Assembly: GCA_040397235.1 (NCBI GenBank) | Contig: JBBAWH010000001.1 | Location: 21,330 to 85,329 of the forward strand | Direction of reading: 5' to 3' | DNA: 64,000 bases | DNA from: Candidatus Limnocylindrus sp. | GTDB lineage: Bacteria > Chloroflexota > Limnocylindria > Limnocylindrales > Limnocylindraceae | Shown: one piece after another, positions 25,630-33,519 of the stretch | Layout of the letters: each line of letters starts with the position of its first letter | Position numbering within the stretch: position 1 is the first letter of the stretch | Made by a program: the position numbers and the translations under genes | The notes under the pieces: model-generated | The model's database searches: none | Seen by the model: only the letters and a program-made list of their open reading frames with translations | What the model was told of the DNA's origin: nothing

Positions 25630-27453
25630 ATGTGCGGGATCGTCGGTTACATCGGCTCACGCGACGTCTCGACGACGTTGATAGAGGGGCTGCGCCTCCT
25701 TGAATACCGCGGCTACGACTCCGCAGGGATCGCCGTCGCGGCAACGGGGGGCGAGATCTCCATGCGCAAGCGTGCGGGCCGCCTCGCCAACCTCGAAGGT
25801 GTCGTTGGCGAACTACCAACCGGTTCGATCGCCGGGATCGCCCACACGCGTTGGGCCACCCATGGTGCGCCAACTGACCTGAACGCCCACCCCCACATGG
25901 ATGAGCACGGCGAGATCGCCATCATTCACAACGGGATCATTGAGAACTACGCCGAGCTGCAGCGGGAACTGGCGGGGAAGGGGCACACCCTTTCGAGCGA
26001 CGTCGACACCGAGGTGATCGCCCACCTGATTGAAGACGCCTACCAGGGCGATATTCGCCTTGCAGTTGCGGCCATCCTCCCCCAACTGCGCGGGCAGTGG
26101 GCGCTCGTGGTGATGCACCGCAGCGAACCAGGTCGCATCATTGCCGCCCGCCGCGAGGCGCCGCTTGCCGTTGGCATCGGTGAGGGGGAGCAGTTCCTCG
26201 CCTCCGATCCTGTCGCCATGCTGGAGCACACCAACAAGATCATCTTCCTTCGAGACGGCGACCTAGCCGACCTACAGCGCGACGGGGTCACCCTCTACGA
26301 CGCAACTGGGGAAACGTTCGCCCCAAAGATTGAGACGATCACGTGGGATGGCGCCGCGGCGCGCAAAGAGGGGTACGACCACTTCATGCGCAAGGAGATG
26401 GATGAGCAGCCGCGAGCACTCTCGGCGGCAATGCTCGGTCGAGTCTCGGCCACTGGAATCGCCATTGGTGAACTTGATCCCTTGAGTGCGGCGCTCACGG
26501 CGACGCGTTCCATTGAATTCGTGGCCTGCGGCTCGGCGTATCACGCCTCACTCACCGCGGCGACGCTCGCTGAGCGCCTGCTGCGCATTCCAGTGCGCGT
26601 CACTGTCGCGAGCGAGTTTCGCTACGATCCGCCCGCACTCGGGCCAACTAGCCTTGTGATTGCCGTTTCGCAGTCCGGGGAGACCGCAGACACACTTGGT
26701 GCCGTGCGCATCGCGAAGGCTGCTGGTGCACCAGTTCTCGCGATCGTGAATGCGGCCGGCTCGTCGCTCACGCGTGAGGCGGATGCCGTTGTGCTGCTGC
26801 AGGCTGGAACAGAGATCTCCGTAGCCGCGACAAAGAGCTACACCTCGCAGGCGCTCGTCACCCTTCTGGTAACGCTTGACCTAGCGCGGCGCACGGGAGC
26901 GCTGACCGCTGCAGATGCGCGTGCATGGGCGGAGGAGCTCCTCCGCGTCCCTGCGATGGCCTCAGCCGCACTCGATGCATCAGATGCGCTGCCAAGCATC
27001 GCCGCGAAGTATTTCGGCGCGAGCGGGTTCATGTTCGTCAGTCGCGGTGCAGGGATTGCAACGGCGCTGGAGGGGGCACTCAAGCTGAAGGAGATCTCCT
27101 ACATCCATGCCGAGGGGATCGCCGCCGGTGAGATGAAGCACGGCCCGATCAGCCTTCTCGGTGCCGATCACCCTGTGGTGGCGGTGGTGCTGAACTCGCC
27201 AGTCCTGCCAAAGCTTGTGAGCAACCTAATGGAGTCACGCGCGCGCTCGGCGCCAGTGATCGCGATCCTCTCTGGCGTCGATGATTGGTCTAGCTTCGCT
27301 ACCGATGCAATCGTGATCCCCGCCGCACGGCCTGAGATCGCCGCACTGATCGCAACAATCCCGCTGCAGCGCTTCTCATATGAGATGGCGCTCCTTGCCG
27401 GTGCCGATATTGATCAACCGAAGAATCTCGCAAAGTCCGTCACCGTCGAGTGA
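25630..27453 (+). CDS. glmS: Glutamine--fructose-6-phosphate aminotransferase
   Basis: 607 aa. MCGIVGYIG N-terminal nucleophile. Two SIS domains. C-terminal ...KNLAKSVTVE. Confidence 0.97.
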   Translation: MCGIVGYIGSRDVSTTLIEGLRLLEYRGYDSAGIAVAATGGEISMRKRAGRLANLEGVVGELPTGSIAGIAHTRWATHGAPTDLNAHPHMDEHGEIAIIHNGIIENYAELQRELAGKGHTLSSDVDTEVIAHLIEDAYQGDIRLAVAAILPQLRGQWALVVMHRSEPGRIIAARREAPLAVGIGEGEQFLASDPVAMLEHTNKIIFLRDGDLADLQRDGVTLYDATGETFAPKIETITWDGAAARKEGYDHFMRKEMDEQPRALSAAMLGRVSATGIAIGELDPLSAALTATRSIEFVACGSAYHASLTAATLAERLLRIPVRVTVASEFRYDPPALGPTSLVIAVSQSGETADTLGAVRIAKAAGAPVLAIVNAAGSSLTREADAVVLLQAGTEISVAATKSYTSQALVTLLVTLDLARRTGALTAADARAWAEELLRVPAMASAALDASDALPSIAAKYFGASGFMFVSRGAGIATALEGALKLKEISYIHAEGIAAGEMKHGPISLLGADHPVVAVVLNSPVLPKLVSNLMESRARSAPVIAILSGVDDWSSFATDAIVIPAARPEIAALIATIPLQRFSYEMALLAGADIDQPKNLAKSVTVE

Positions 27454-27992
27454 TGGACGGGGGAGAGCACTCCACGAGCACGCCGGAGATCGGCATTGAC
27501 ATTATTCGCGTGGACCGAATTGCAAACGTCTTGCGCCGTCATCCAGAGCGATTTGAGCTCCGAGTGCTGACCGCCGCAGAGCGTTCATACGTTCGTGGTC
27601 GCCCCGAGACGATGGCTGGGCGCTGGGCCGCAAAGGAGGCTGTCTCAAAGGTGCTCGGCCTCGGCGTGCGTGGCATCGGCTGGCAGGAGATCGAGGTGGA
27701 GCGCCTGCCAACCGGGCAGCCCTCCGTTCGTCTCCACGATCGCGCCGCGGCACGGGCGACGCAGCTCGGCATCCAGCACATCGCACTCTCGATCAGCCAC
27801 GAGCGCGAGTATGCGATCGCGATCGCCTATGCCGTGCGAACGGCTGGCGGGCGCTACCTCTTCCCGCCGCAAATCGGCGCAGACCTCGATGCCACCGAGA
27901 CGGCACTCCTGGCACGGATCGAGCGCATCAAGGCACTTCGGCGCGAGGAGCTGGCCCTGTTGGCGGAGCCGGCTGGGAAGGCCCAAGGATGA
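27450..27992 (+). CDS. acpS: Holo-[acyl-carrier-protein] synthase with ~50-aa C-terminal extension
   Basis: 180 aa. IGIDIIRVDRI...RWAAKEAVSKVLG...ISHEREYAIA is the AcpS core. GTGATG overlaps the glmS stop. Confidence 0.9.
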   Translation: MMDGGEHSTSTPEIGIDIIRVDRIANVLRRHPERFELRVLTAAERSYVRGRPETMAGRWAAKEAVSKVLGLGVRGIGWQEIEVERLPTGQPSVRLHDRAAARATQLGIQHIALSISHEREYAIAIAYAVRTAGGRYLFPPQIGADLDATETALLARIERIKALRREELALLAEPAGKAQG

Positions 27993-29200
27993 GCGGGCTC
28001 CCCGAACGTATCCAGAAGGTTGGCCTGCCTGCGCTCGGGCGTGATGCCTGGGTAGAGGTGCGGCTCGACGCGATCGCAACGAACGTTCGCGCGCTCAAGG
28101 GGAAGCTCCCGACTGGCGGCCACCTCGACGTGGTGTTGAAGGCCGACGCCTACGGCCTGGGCGCCGTGCCCGTCGCGCGTGCCGCACTCGACGCTGGCGC
28201 GCGAGCCGTTCTTGTCGCCACCTTTGATGAGGCGCAAGAGTTGCGCGACGCCGGAATCACTAGCCCCGTCCGGGTCCTCTGGCGTGTGGCGCCTGCGCAC
28301 CTGCGCGACGCGGCCGCTACAGGCATTGGCGTTACCGCATCGTCGTCAGCAGTGGTTCGCGAGCTGATCGGCGCCGATCTGGCTGGGCTCTCCCCACTGA
28401 GCGTCGATATTGAAGTTGATACTGGACTCGGTCGCGACGGCATCCTGCCGGGCGATCTCGCCAACCAGCTCGCTGCGTTGCGCAGTAACCCGAACATTCT
28501 GCTGCGGAGCATCTGGAGCCATCTCAGCGCAGCTGAGAACGTTGATCGATCACGTCTGCAGGAGGAGGTACTCGAGCAGGCTGCAGCCCAGGCCCCCGAG
28601 CTCGAAGCGCATCTCGTCGGGTCGGGAGGGCTGCTCACCATGGGGGAGACGCAGCAGGTTGCGCGCGTTGGCATTGCGCTCTTCGGCGTTGTGCCGAACG
28701 CGCTGCGACCGACGATGACCGCCGCAACGATCGGCATTGGCCGGGTATATGGACTCGCCGCACGGCCTGTGCGCATCGCGACACTCCCCGTCGGTCATGG
28801 CGTGGGGTACGGGCCAGCATTCACCGCAGAGCGCGTATCAAGGATCATCACCCTGCCGATCGGCTACGCCGATGGCATCTCGTATCACGAACGGGGAGTC
28901 GCCGAGGTGTTGATACGCGGCGTGCGCCTGCCAGTTGTTGGCACGATTGCGATGGACTCCATCACCATTGATGCCACAGATCACCCGGCCACCGACCTGA
29001 CCGAAGCCGATGAGGTGGTTTTCATCGGTGACTCTGGTGCTGATCTGATTGAGCCCGTCGACGTTGCCAAACGCCGAAAGACGATTACCAATGAGGTCTC
29101 AACGAGCTTCACCAGTCGACTTGCGCGGGTGTATACGGTGAGCGGCGAACCGGTGGCGCTGCGCGACCTGCGCGGGTATCACTACGTGAACCAGAAGTGA
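27989..29200 (+). CDS. alr: Alanine racemase
   Basis: 403 aa. PLP-lysine motif VVLKADAYGLG. C-terminal beta-domain GYADG. ATGA overlap with acpS. Confidence 0.92.
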   Translation: MSGLPERIQKVGLPALGRDAWVEVRLDAIATNVRALKGKLPTGGHLDVVLKADAYGLGAVPVARAALDAGARAVLVATFDEAQELRDAGITSPVRVLWRVAPAHLRDAAATGIGVTASSSAVVRELIGADLAGLSPLSVDIEVDTGLGRDGILPGDLANQLAALRSNPNILLRSIWSHLSAAENVDRSRLQEEVLEQAAAQAPELEAHLVGSGGLLTMGETQQVARVGIALFGVVPNALRPTMTAATIGIGRVYGLAARPVRIATLPVGHGVGYGPAFTAERVSRIITLPIGYADGISYHERGVAEVLIRGVRLPVVGTIAMDSITIDATDHPATDLTEADEVVFIGDSGADLIEPVDVAKRRKTITNEVSTSFTSRLARVYTVSGEPVALRDLRGYHYVNQK

Positions 29201-30867
29201 CGCAATCGTCGTATCTCTTGATTCGCGAGGATCTCGATCGCAGCTTTTATGCACTGATGTCTGACGCGGAGCCTACACGGCTGCTTAGTAGCATCACGCT
29301 GCCTACGGGAGCTGATAGCGAGGCGGCAGAGACGATGTTGCAGAGCTCTGCTGGAGCGGAGCAGAGCGGTGCGATCTCTACCTCGCTTCGCGGTGATCCG
29401 AGCTCCCTCGGCCGTGCGGCGAGCCGCTGCGCAGAGGCGCTCGGCGTCCCCGTGAAAATTCTTGATATTGCGCATGATGCTGGCAGAATTGCGTGGGCCA
29501 CCCCAGGAACGGCTGGCGAGCTGTTGCGGATTGATGAGGCCGCACTCGTCCCTGCAGATGCAACGGAGCGTCGACGCCGCTGCGATGCGGTCTTGCGTGC
29601 ACTTGGCGAGCGCGATCGCGCCGCCGTTGCCGACCGGCTTGGAGACATCGCAGATCGGCCGATGTCGGGGCGTGATGAGATTGGCGACCAGACTCGTGCT
29701 GCTGCGTGCATTGATGCGATCCAGTCAATCGCGGAGCGGTCGAGCGGTCAAGGTGATCCGATGAGCGGCGAGGTGTTCATTGCTACGGGTCAGCTTGCGG
29801 CGTATCTCTCTTCAGGCGCCGTGCCACTCGCCGCACTTTCGCCACTGATTCCACCTGGGCGAACCACGGTGCTGCTTGATGTTTCGGGAGTACTGGCGGC
29901 GCTGGGCACTGAGCAGCTCACCGAGACGACGGGGGCAGATCTGGTTCGTGCGACCGCGGATCAACTACTCGTGCCCGCTGGCGATCTGCTGGTTATCGCA
30001 GATCACCCTGACGAGGAGGTGCTTGTTCGAGCCGGTGCGGAGGAGCATGCGCTGTCAGCGGATGGAGCACTGGAGTTTGACCTTCGGGCGGGGGAGTTGG
30101 TCGACGTTGAGGTTGCGATTGATGGGCACCAGGTTCTGGCCTCGCTGCGCGGCGGTCTCGCCGGTGTTGCTGTTGTGCGTGGTGCCCCACTAGTTGATCT
30201 CCCACTCATGCCCGTGGCTGTGAGGCCCGCAAAGGTGCTCCCCATTGAGGCGCCACTGGCGCTGCTACCGCGATCCGCAAGCGCGACGGGTGGCCTCGGC
30301 GGGCGCCTTCTGCTTGGCGACGAGGTCGAGGGGAGCCTCTACTTCTCGGCTACAGAGCCAGACAGCCGCGGGTGGGCGGCGGCGCACGAGGCGGGAGTTC
30401 TGGCGGTTGTCTCGGTCTCCCCTGAGACCGTGCTGCGAGCTCGGGCTGTCGGCATTCGAGGTCTCGTTGTGGGCAGCCTGAGTGATGGCGAGCGCGAGGC
30501 ACTCAGCGCCTCCATTGATCGACGTATTGCCGCCGGTGTCGCCCTCGCCCCATTTGGGCTCCTGATCCTCGGCGGGCGCCGCGAGAGCGATGAATGGGCT
30601 GCAGAGCTAGGGAAGGCGCTCCAGACCCTGAACGGCAGCGACGTTCGCCTTGAGCGGCACCCCGCCGGCCTCACCGCCTCGACGGCACGGCGCGGAGGGG
30701 CGCGCCTCGACGTGGATACCGTTGTGATCGGTGGCCCCCTAGCGGGCTCTTATGGCACATGGCGCGGCCTGGCCGACGCACAGTCGTCAGACCCGCAGGG
30801 TGCAGTCGAGATCAAGGGCGATCTTGTCGTGCTCTCCATTGGTGACCTGCAGCGCCTTACAGCGTGA
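29197..30867 (+). CDS. Hypothetical protein (556 aa), no family recognised; translationally coupled between alr and tsaE
   Basis: Single uninterrupted ORF. GTGA stop/start overlaps at both ends (29197-29200 and 30864-30867). Ala/Leu/Gly/Asp-rich. No catalytic or nucleotide-binding motif was recognised by eye. Confidence 0.7.
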   Translation: MTQSSYLLIREDLDRSFYALMSDAEPTRLLSSITLPTGADSEAAETMLQSSAGAEQSGAISTSLRGDPSSLGRAASRCAEALGVPVKILDIAHDAGRIAWATPGTAGELLRIDEAALVPADATERRRRCDAVLRALGERDRAAVADRLGDIADRPMSGRDEIGDQTRAAACIDAIQSIAERSSGQGDPMSGEVFIATGQLAAYLSSGAVPLAALSPLIPPGRTTVLLDVSGVLAALGTEQLTETTGADLVRATADQLLVPAGDLLVIADHPDEEVLVRAGAEEHALSADGALEFDLRAGELVDVEVAIDGHQVLASLRGGLAGVAVVRGAPLVDLPLMPVAVRPAKVLPIEAPLALLPRSASATGGLGGRLLLGDEVEGSLYFSATEPDSRGWAAAHEAGVLAVVSVSPETVLRARAVGIRGLVVGSLSDGEREALSASIDRRIAAGVALAPFGLLILGGRRESDEWAAELGKALQTLNGSDVRLERHPAGLTASTARRGGARLDVDTVVIGGPLAGSYGTWRGLADAQSSDPQGAVEIKGDLVVLSIGDLQRLTA

Positions 30868-31370
30868 ACGTCGTCACCATTACGCTCGGTAGCCTTGCAG
30901 CAACGACCTCGCTCGGCGCGGCGATTGGCGTCTCACTCCGTCCGGGTGACCGGGTCCTTCTTGCGGGCGACCTGGGGAGTGGCAAGACAACACTCGCTCG
31001 TGCCATCGGAGCCGCACTCCATGCAGAGCCGGAGCTCACCTCGCCAACGTTCGTCCTCATCTCTGAACACCGCGGCGACCTGCCGATCTGGCATGTTGAC
31101 GCCTATCGACTCCCCGTGGGGAGTGACGCGCTGCGTGCTGGGGTGATTGATGAGCGACAGCAGCACGGCGTCAGCCTCATCGAGTGGCCCGAGCACCTTG
31201 AAGGACTCGGGGTAGCGGGCACCGGCGTGCTGAGCATTCATCTCGAGGCGGCCGCCGACGAGGGCACACGCATCGCCGTGATCCGCGGCGCGCGACCAGA
31301 CCTCCTTGCGGTACTCGGTTCGATGTCTGACAGCATTCAACGCATCACATCGGGCGATGCACGTGAGTAG
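30864..31370 (+). CDS. tsaE: tRNA t6A37 biosynthesis ATPase TsaE
   Basis: 168 aa. Walker A GDLGSGKTTLARAIG, then TSPTF and HVDAYRL motifs typical of TsaE/YjeE. Confidence 0.92.
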   Translation: MNVVTITLGSLAATTSLGAAIGVSLRPGDRVLLAGDLGSGKTTLARAIGAALHAEPELTSPTFVLISEHRGDLPIWHVDAYRLPVGSDALRAGVIDERQQHGVSLIEWPEHLEGLGVAGTGVLSIHLEAAADEGTRIAVIRGARPDLLAVLGSMSDSIQRITSGDARE

Positions 31371-31890
31371 CCTACGAATCCTCGTGCTTGATGGGTCGCT
31401 CGGCTTCAGCATCGTCGCGATCGTAGAGGAGCGCGATGGTGTGCTCGTGTGCGTCGCCGAAGACTATCTCTACGAACAGCCACTACTGCAGCGCATTACA
31501 AATCTGATTCCGAATCAGGCCGAACGCACCGCGCTCACTAGTGTGGTGGTGGGGAACGGCCCTGGAAGCTACAGCGGCGTCCGCGTTGCAGCCTCGGCTG
31601 CCGCCGGCATTGCTGCCGCGCTAGCGCTCCCACTACGAGAGAGTGCGTCAGATCGCGCACTCTGGCAGGCGGCGCAGCGATCGTTCTCTATAGCGCTCGG
31701 AACACGTGAGTCGCTCGAGGTATCGCAGAGTGGCTCGGTCGTCGCGGCTCGGGAGGACGCCTCCCCGCACCTTACGCAGGAGGAGAGCAGAGGAGTTGCT
31801 GCGTGCGCGCTCGTCCGTGAGGCTGGACCCGTAGCTTCGCATGTCACTCTGCGCTATCCGGCTCCTGCTCGCGGAAGCGAGGCGGGATGA
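31357..31890 (+). CDS. tsaB: tRNA t6A37 biosynthesis protein TsaB (short form, ~177 aa)
   Basis: ILVLDGS... and VVVGNGPGSYSGVRVAASAAAGIA (TsaB GPGSFTGxR-like motif). ATG 31357 overlaps tsaE by 14 nt. GTG 31363 is an alternative start. Confidence 0.85.
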   Translation: MHVSSLRILVLDGSLGFSIVAIVEERDGVLVCVAEDYLYEQPLLQRITNLIPNQAERTALTSVVVGNGPGSYSGVRVAASAAAGIAAALALPLRESASDRALWQAAQRSFSIALGTRESLEVSQSGSVVAAREDASPHLTQEESRGVAACALVREAGPVASHVTLRYPAPARGSEAG

Positions 31891-32408
31891 TGCGTGCACC
31901 CGTTCTGGCACCACTCACCATTAAGGACCTTGCCGAGGTTGCGGTAATTGAGAACGTCTCGTTTACGGCACCGTGGCCAACAAGCGCCTACACCACGGAG
32001 CTCACCACAAATCGTCTAGCGCGATATGTTGGCGCCCGAATGAGTGGCGCGCTCATTGGCTTTGGTGGCATCTGGCTGATGGTTGACGAGGCGCATGTCA
32101 CCACGATGGCGGTGCTCCCCGCGAATCGACGGTCGGGAGTTGCGACGATGCTGCTCCTTGAGCTCCTGCAGGAGGCGCGGCGCGGCGGCGCCCGAGTCGC
32201 AACGCTAGACGTGCGCGTATCAAACGTTGACGCGCAACGACTCTATCTAGCGTTCGGCTTCATCGAAGTCGGCCGCCGCATTCGCTACTACGACGATAAC
32301 GGCGAAGATGCGTTGATAATGACCACCGCCGAGCTTGAGAGCCCAGAGCAGCAGGCGATTGAAGCGGCGCTGCGCGCCCGCGTTCAGGAGCGCTTCGGCC
32401 ATGAGTGA
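31887..32408 (+). CDS. rimI: GNAT N-acetyltransferase, RimI-like
   Basis: 173 aa. Acetyl-CoA motif RRSGVATMLL. Canonical tsaB-rimI-tsaD position. ATGA overlap with tsaB. Confidence 0.85.
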   Translation: MMRAPVLAPLTIKDLAEVAVIENVSFTAPWPTSAYTTELTTNRLARYVGARMSGALIGFGGIWLMVDEAHVTTMAVLPANRRSGVATMLLLELLQEARRGGARVATLDVRVSNVDAQRLYLAFGFIEVGRRIRYYDDNGEDALIMTTAELESPEQQAIEAALRARVQERFGHE

Positions 32409-33519
32409 GCGGCTACTGCTGGCGATTGAATCGAGCTGCGACGAGAGTGCCGTTGCCCTTATTCGCGGCGGTCGTGAGGTGATCGCTGAGCGTGTGGCAA
32501 GCCAGACGGCGATCCATGCACCGTTTGGCGGTGTGATTCCAGAGGTCGCAGCGCGCGCCCACCATGAGTGGCTGCCCCGCCTCCTCAACGAGGTGCTGCA
32601 GGAGGCTGAGGGGCTCGGGATTGCCAGCACGATTGAGGGGGTGGCACTGACGACCGGCCCCGGCCTCGTTGGCTCACTCCTCGTGGGCGCCGGCATTGGC
32701 AGCGCCTGGGCGTGGGCGCGCGGCCTCCCCGTGCTGCCGGTAAATCATCTTGAGGGGCACCTGCGCGCCGCATGGCTACGCGAGGCGGCAGACGTCGACG
32801 CGCCGACGCTCCCCGCGATCGGGCTCGTGGTCTCTGGTGGTCACACGTTGCTGGTGCGGATCGAGCGTGACGGGACCGTGCAGCGCCTCGGCGGCACGAT
32901 TGACGACGCGGCGGGCGAGGCCTTCGACAAGATCGCACGCCTCCTTGGCGCTCCATATCCAGGAGGGGCTGCGCTCTCAGCGCTCGCCGCGAAGGCGCCA
33001 CGCGGTGCCCGAATCACGCCGCTGCCGATTGCGAAGACCGAGCAGCCCTACGACTTCTCGTTCAGCGGGGTGAAGACCGCGGCGATTCGGCAGGCGCTCG
33101 TCGCCAGTGGGCTCAACGACCGTAGCCCCGGCCGTGCCGCCACGCTCACACGCCAGTTCGCCGAGTATCCACTTCCAGAAGAGGGAGCGATTGCGATCGC
33201 TGCCGCAACGGAGCAGGCCATCGTCGGTGCACTGCGCGCCGGTGTGCAGCGTGCCCTTCGTGCCAACCCAGACTGCTCGCTCATCGTTGGTGGTGGTGTG
33301 GCGGCGAATGGACCGCTGCGCTCGGCACTTGCAAGTGTTGCGACCGAGGAGCGCCGCGTACTCGTCGTGCCCCCAATGAAGTGGTGCACCGATAACGCGG
33401 CGATGATCGGCGCCGCAGGTGACGCCCTGCTACGTGACGAACGAGGCTCCTACCAGGAACCCAGCGCCGGCCTCGAGGTTCATGCGCAGTGGCGCATCGG
33501 ATCGGCGGTACCCGCATGA
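32401..33519 (+). CDS. tsaD: tRNA N6-adenosine threonylcarbamoyltransferase TsaD
   Basis: 372 aa from ATG 32401. LLLAIESSCDESAVAL, NHLEGH metal site, SGGHT. The ORF-track start 32335 lies inside rimI. Confidence 0.95.
   Translation: MSERLLLAIESSCDESAVALIRGGREVIAERVASQTAIHAPFGGVIPEVAARAHHEWLPRLLNEVLQEAEGLGIASTIEGVALTTGPGLVGSLLVGAGIGSAWAWARGLPVLPVNHLEGHLRAAWLREAADVDAPTLPAIGLVVSGGHTLLVRIERDGTVQRLGGTIDDAAGEAFDKIARLLGAPYPGGAALSALAAKAPRGARITPLPIAKTEQPYDFSFSGVKTAAIRQALVASGLNDRSPGRAATLTRQFAEYPLPEEGAIAIAAATEQAIVGALRAGVQRALRANPDCSLIVGGGVAANGPLRSALASVATEERRVLVVPPMKWCTDNAAMIGAAGDALLRDERGSYQEPSAGLEVHAQWRIGSAVPA

Noticed and set aside
23961-25631. 556-aa ORF antisense to rpsI and glmM
   Set aside because: The translation is extremely Ser/Pro/Arg/Ala-rich with no motifs. 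It sits opposite a clear glmM with intact catalytic motifs. It is a high-GC antisense artefact.
29197-30867. The 556-aa orphan as a disguised Nnr/YjeF (NAD(P)HX repair) protein, which commonly sits near acpS and alr
   Set aside because: None of the YjeF_N or carbohydrate-kinase motifs is present (no Gly-rich GNNGGDG loop, no GxGD C-terminal motif). It is kept as an unassigned orphan.
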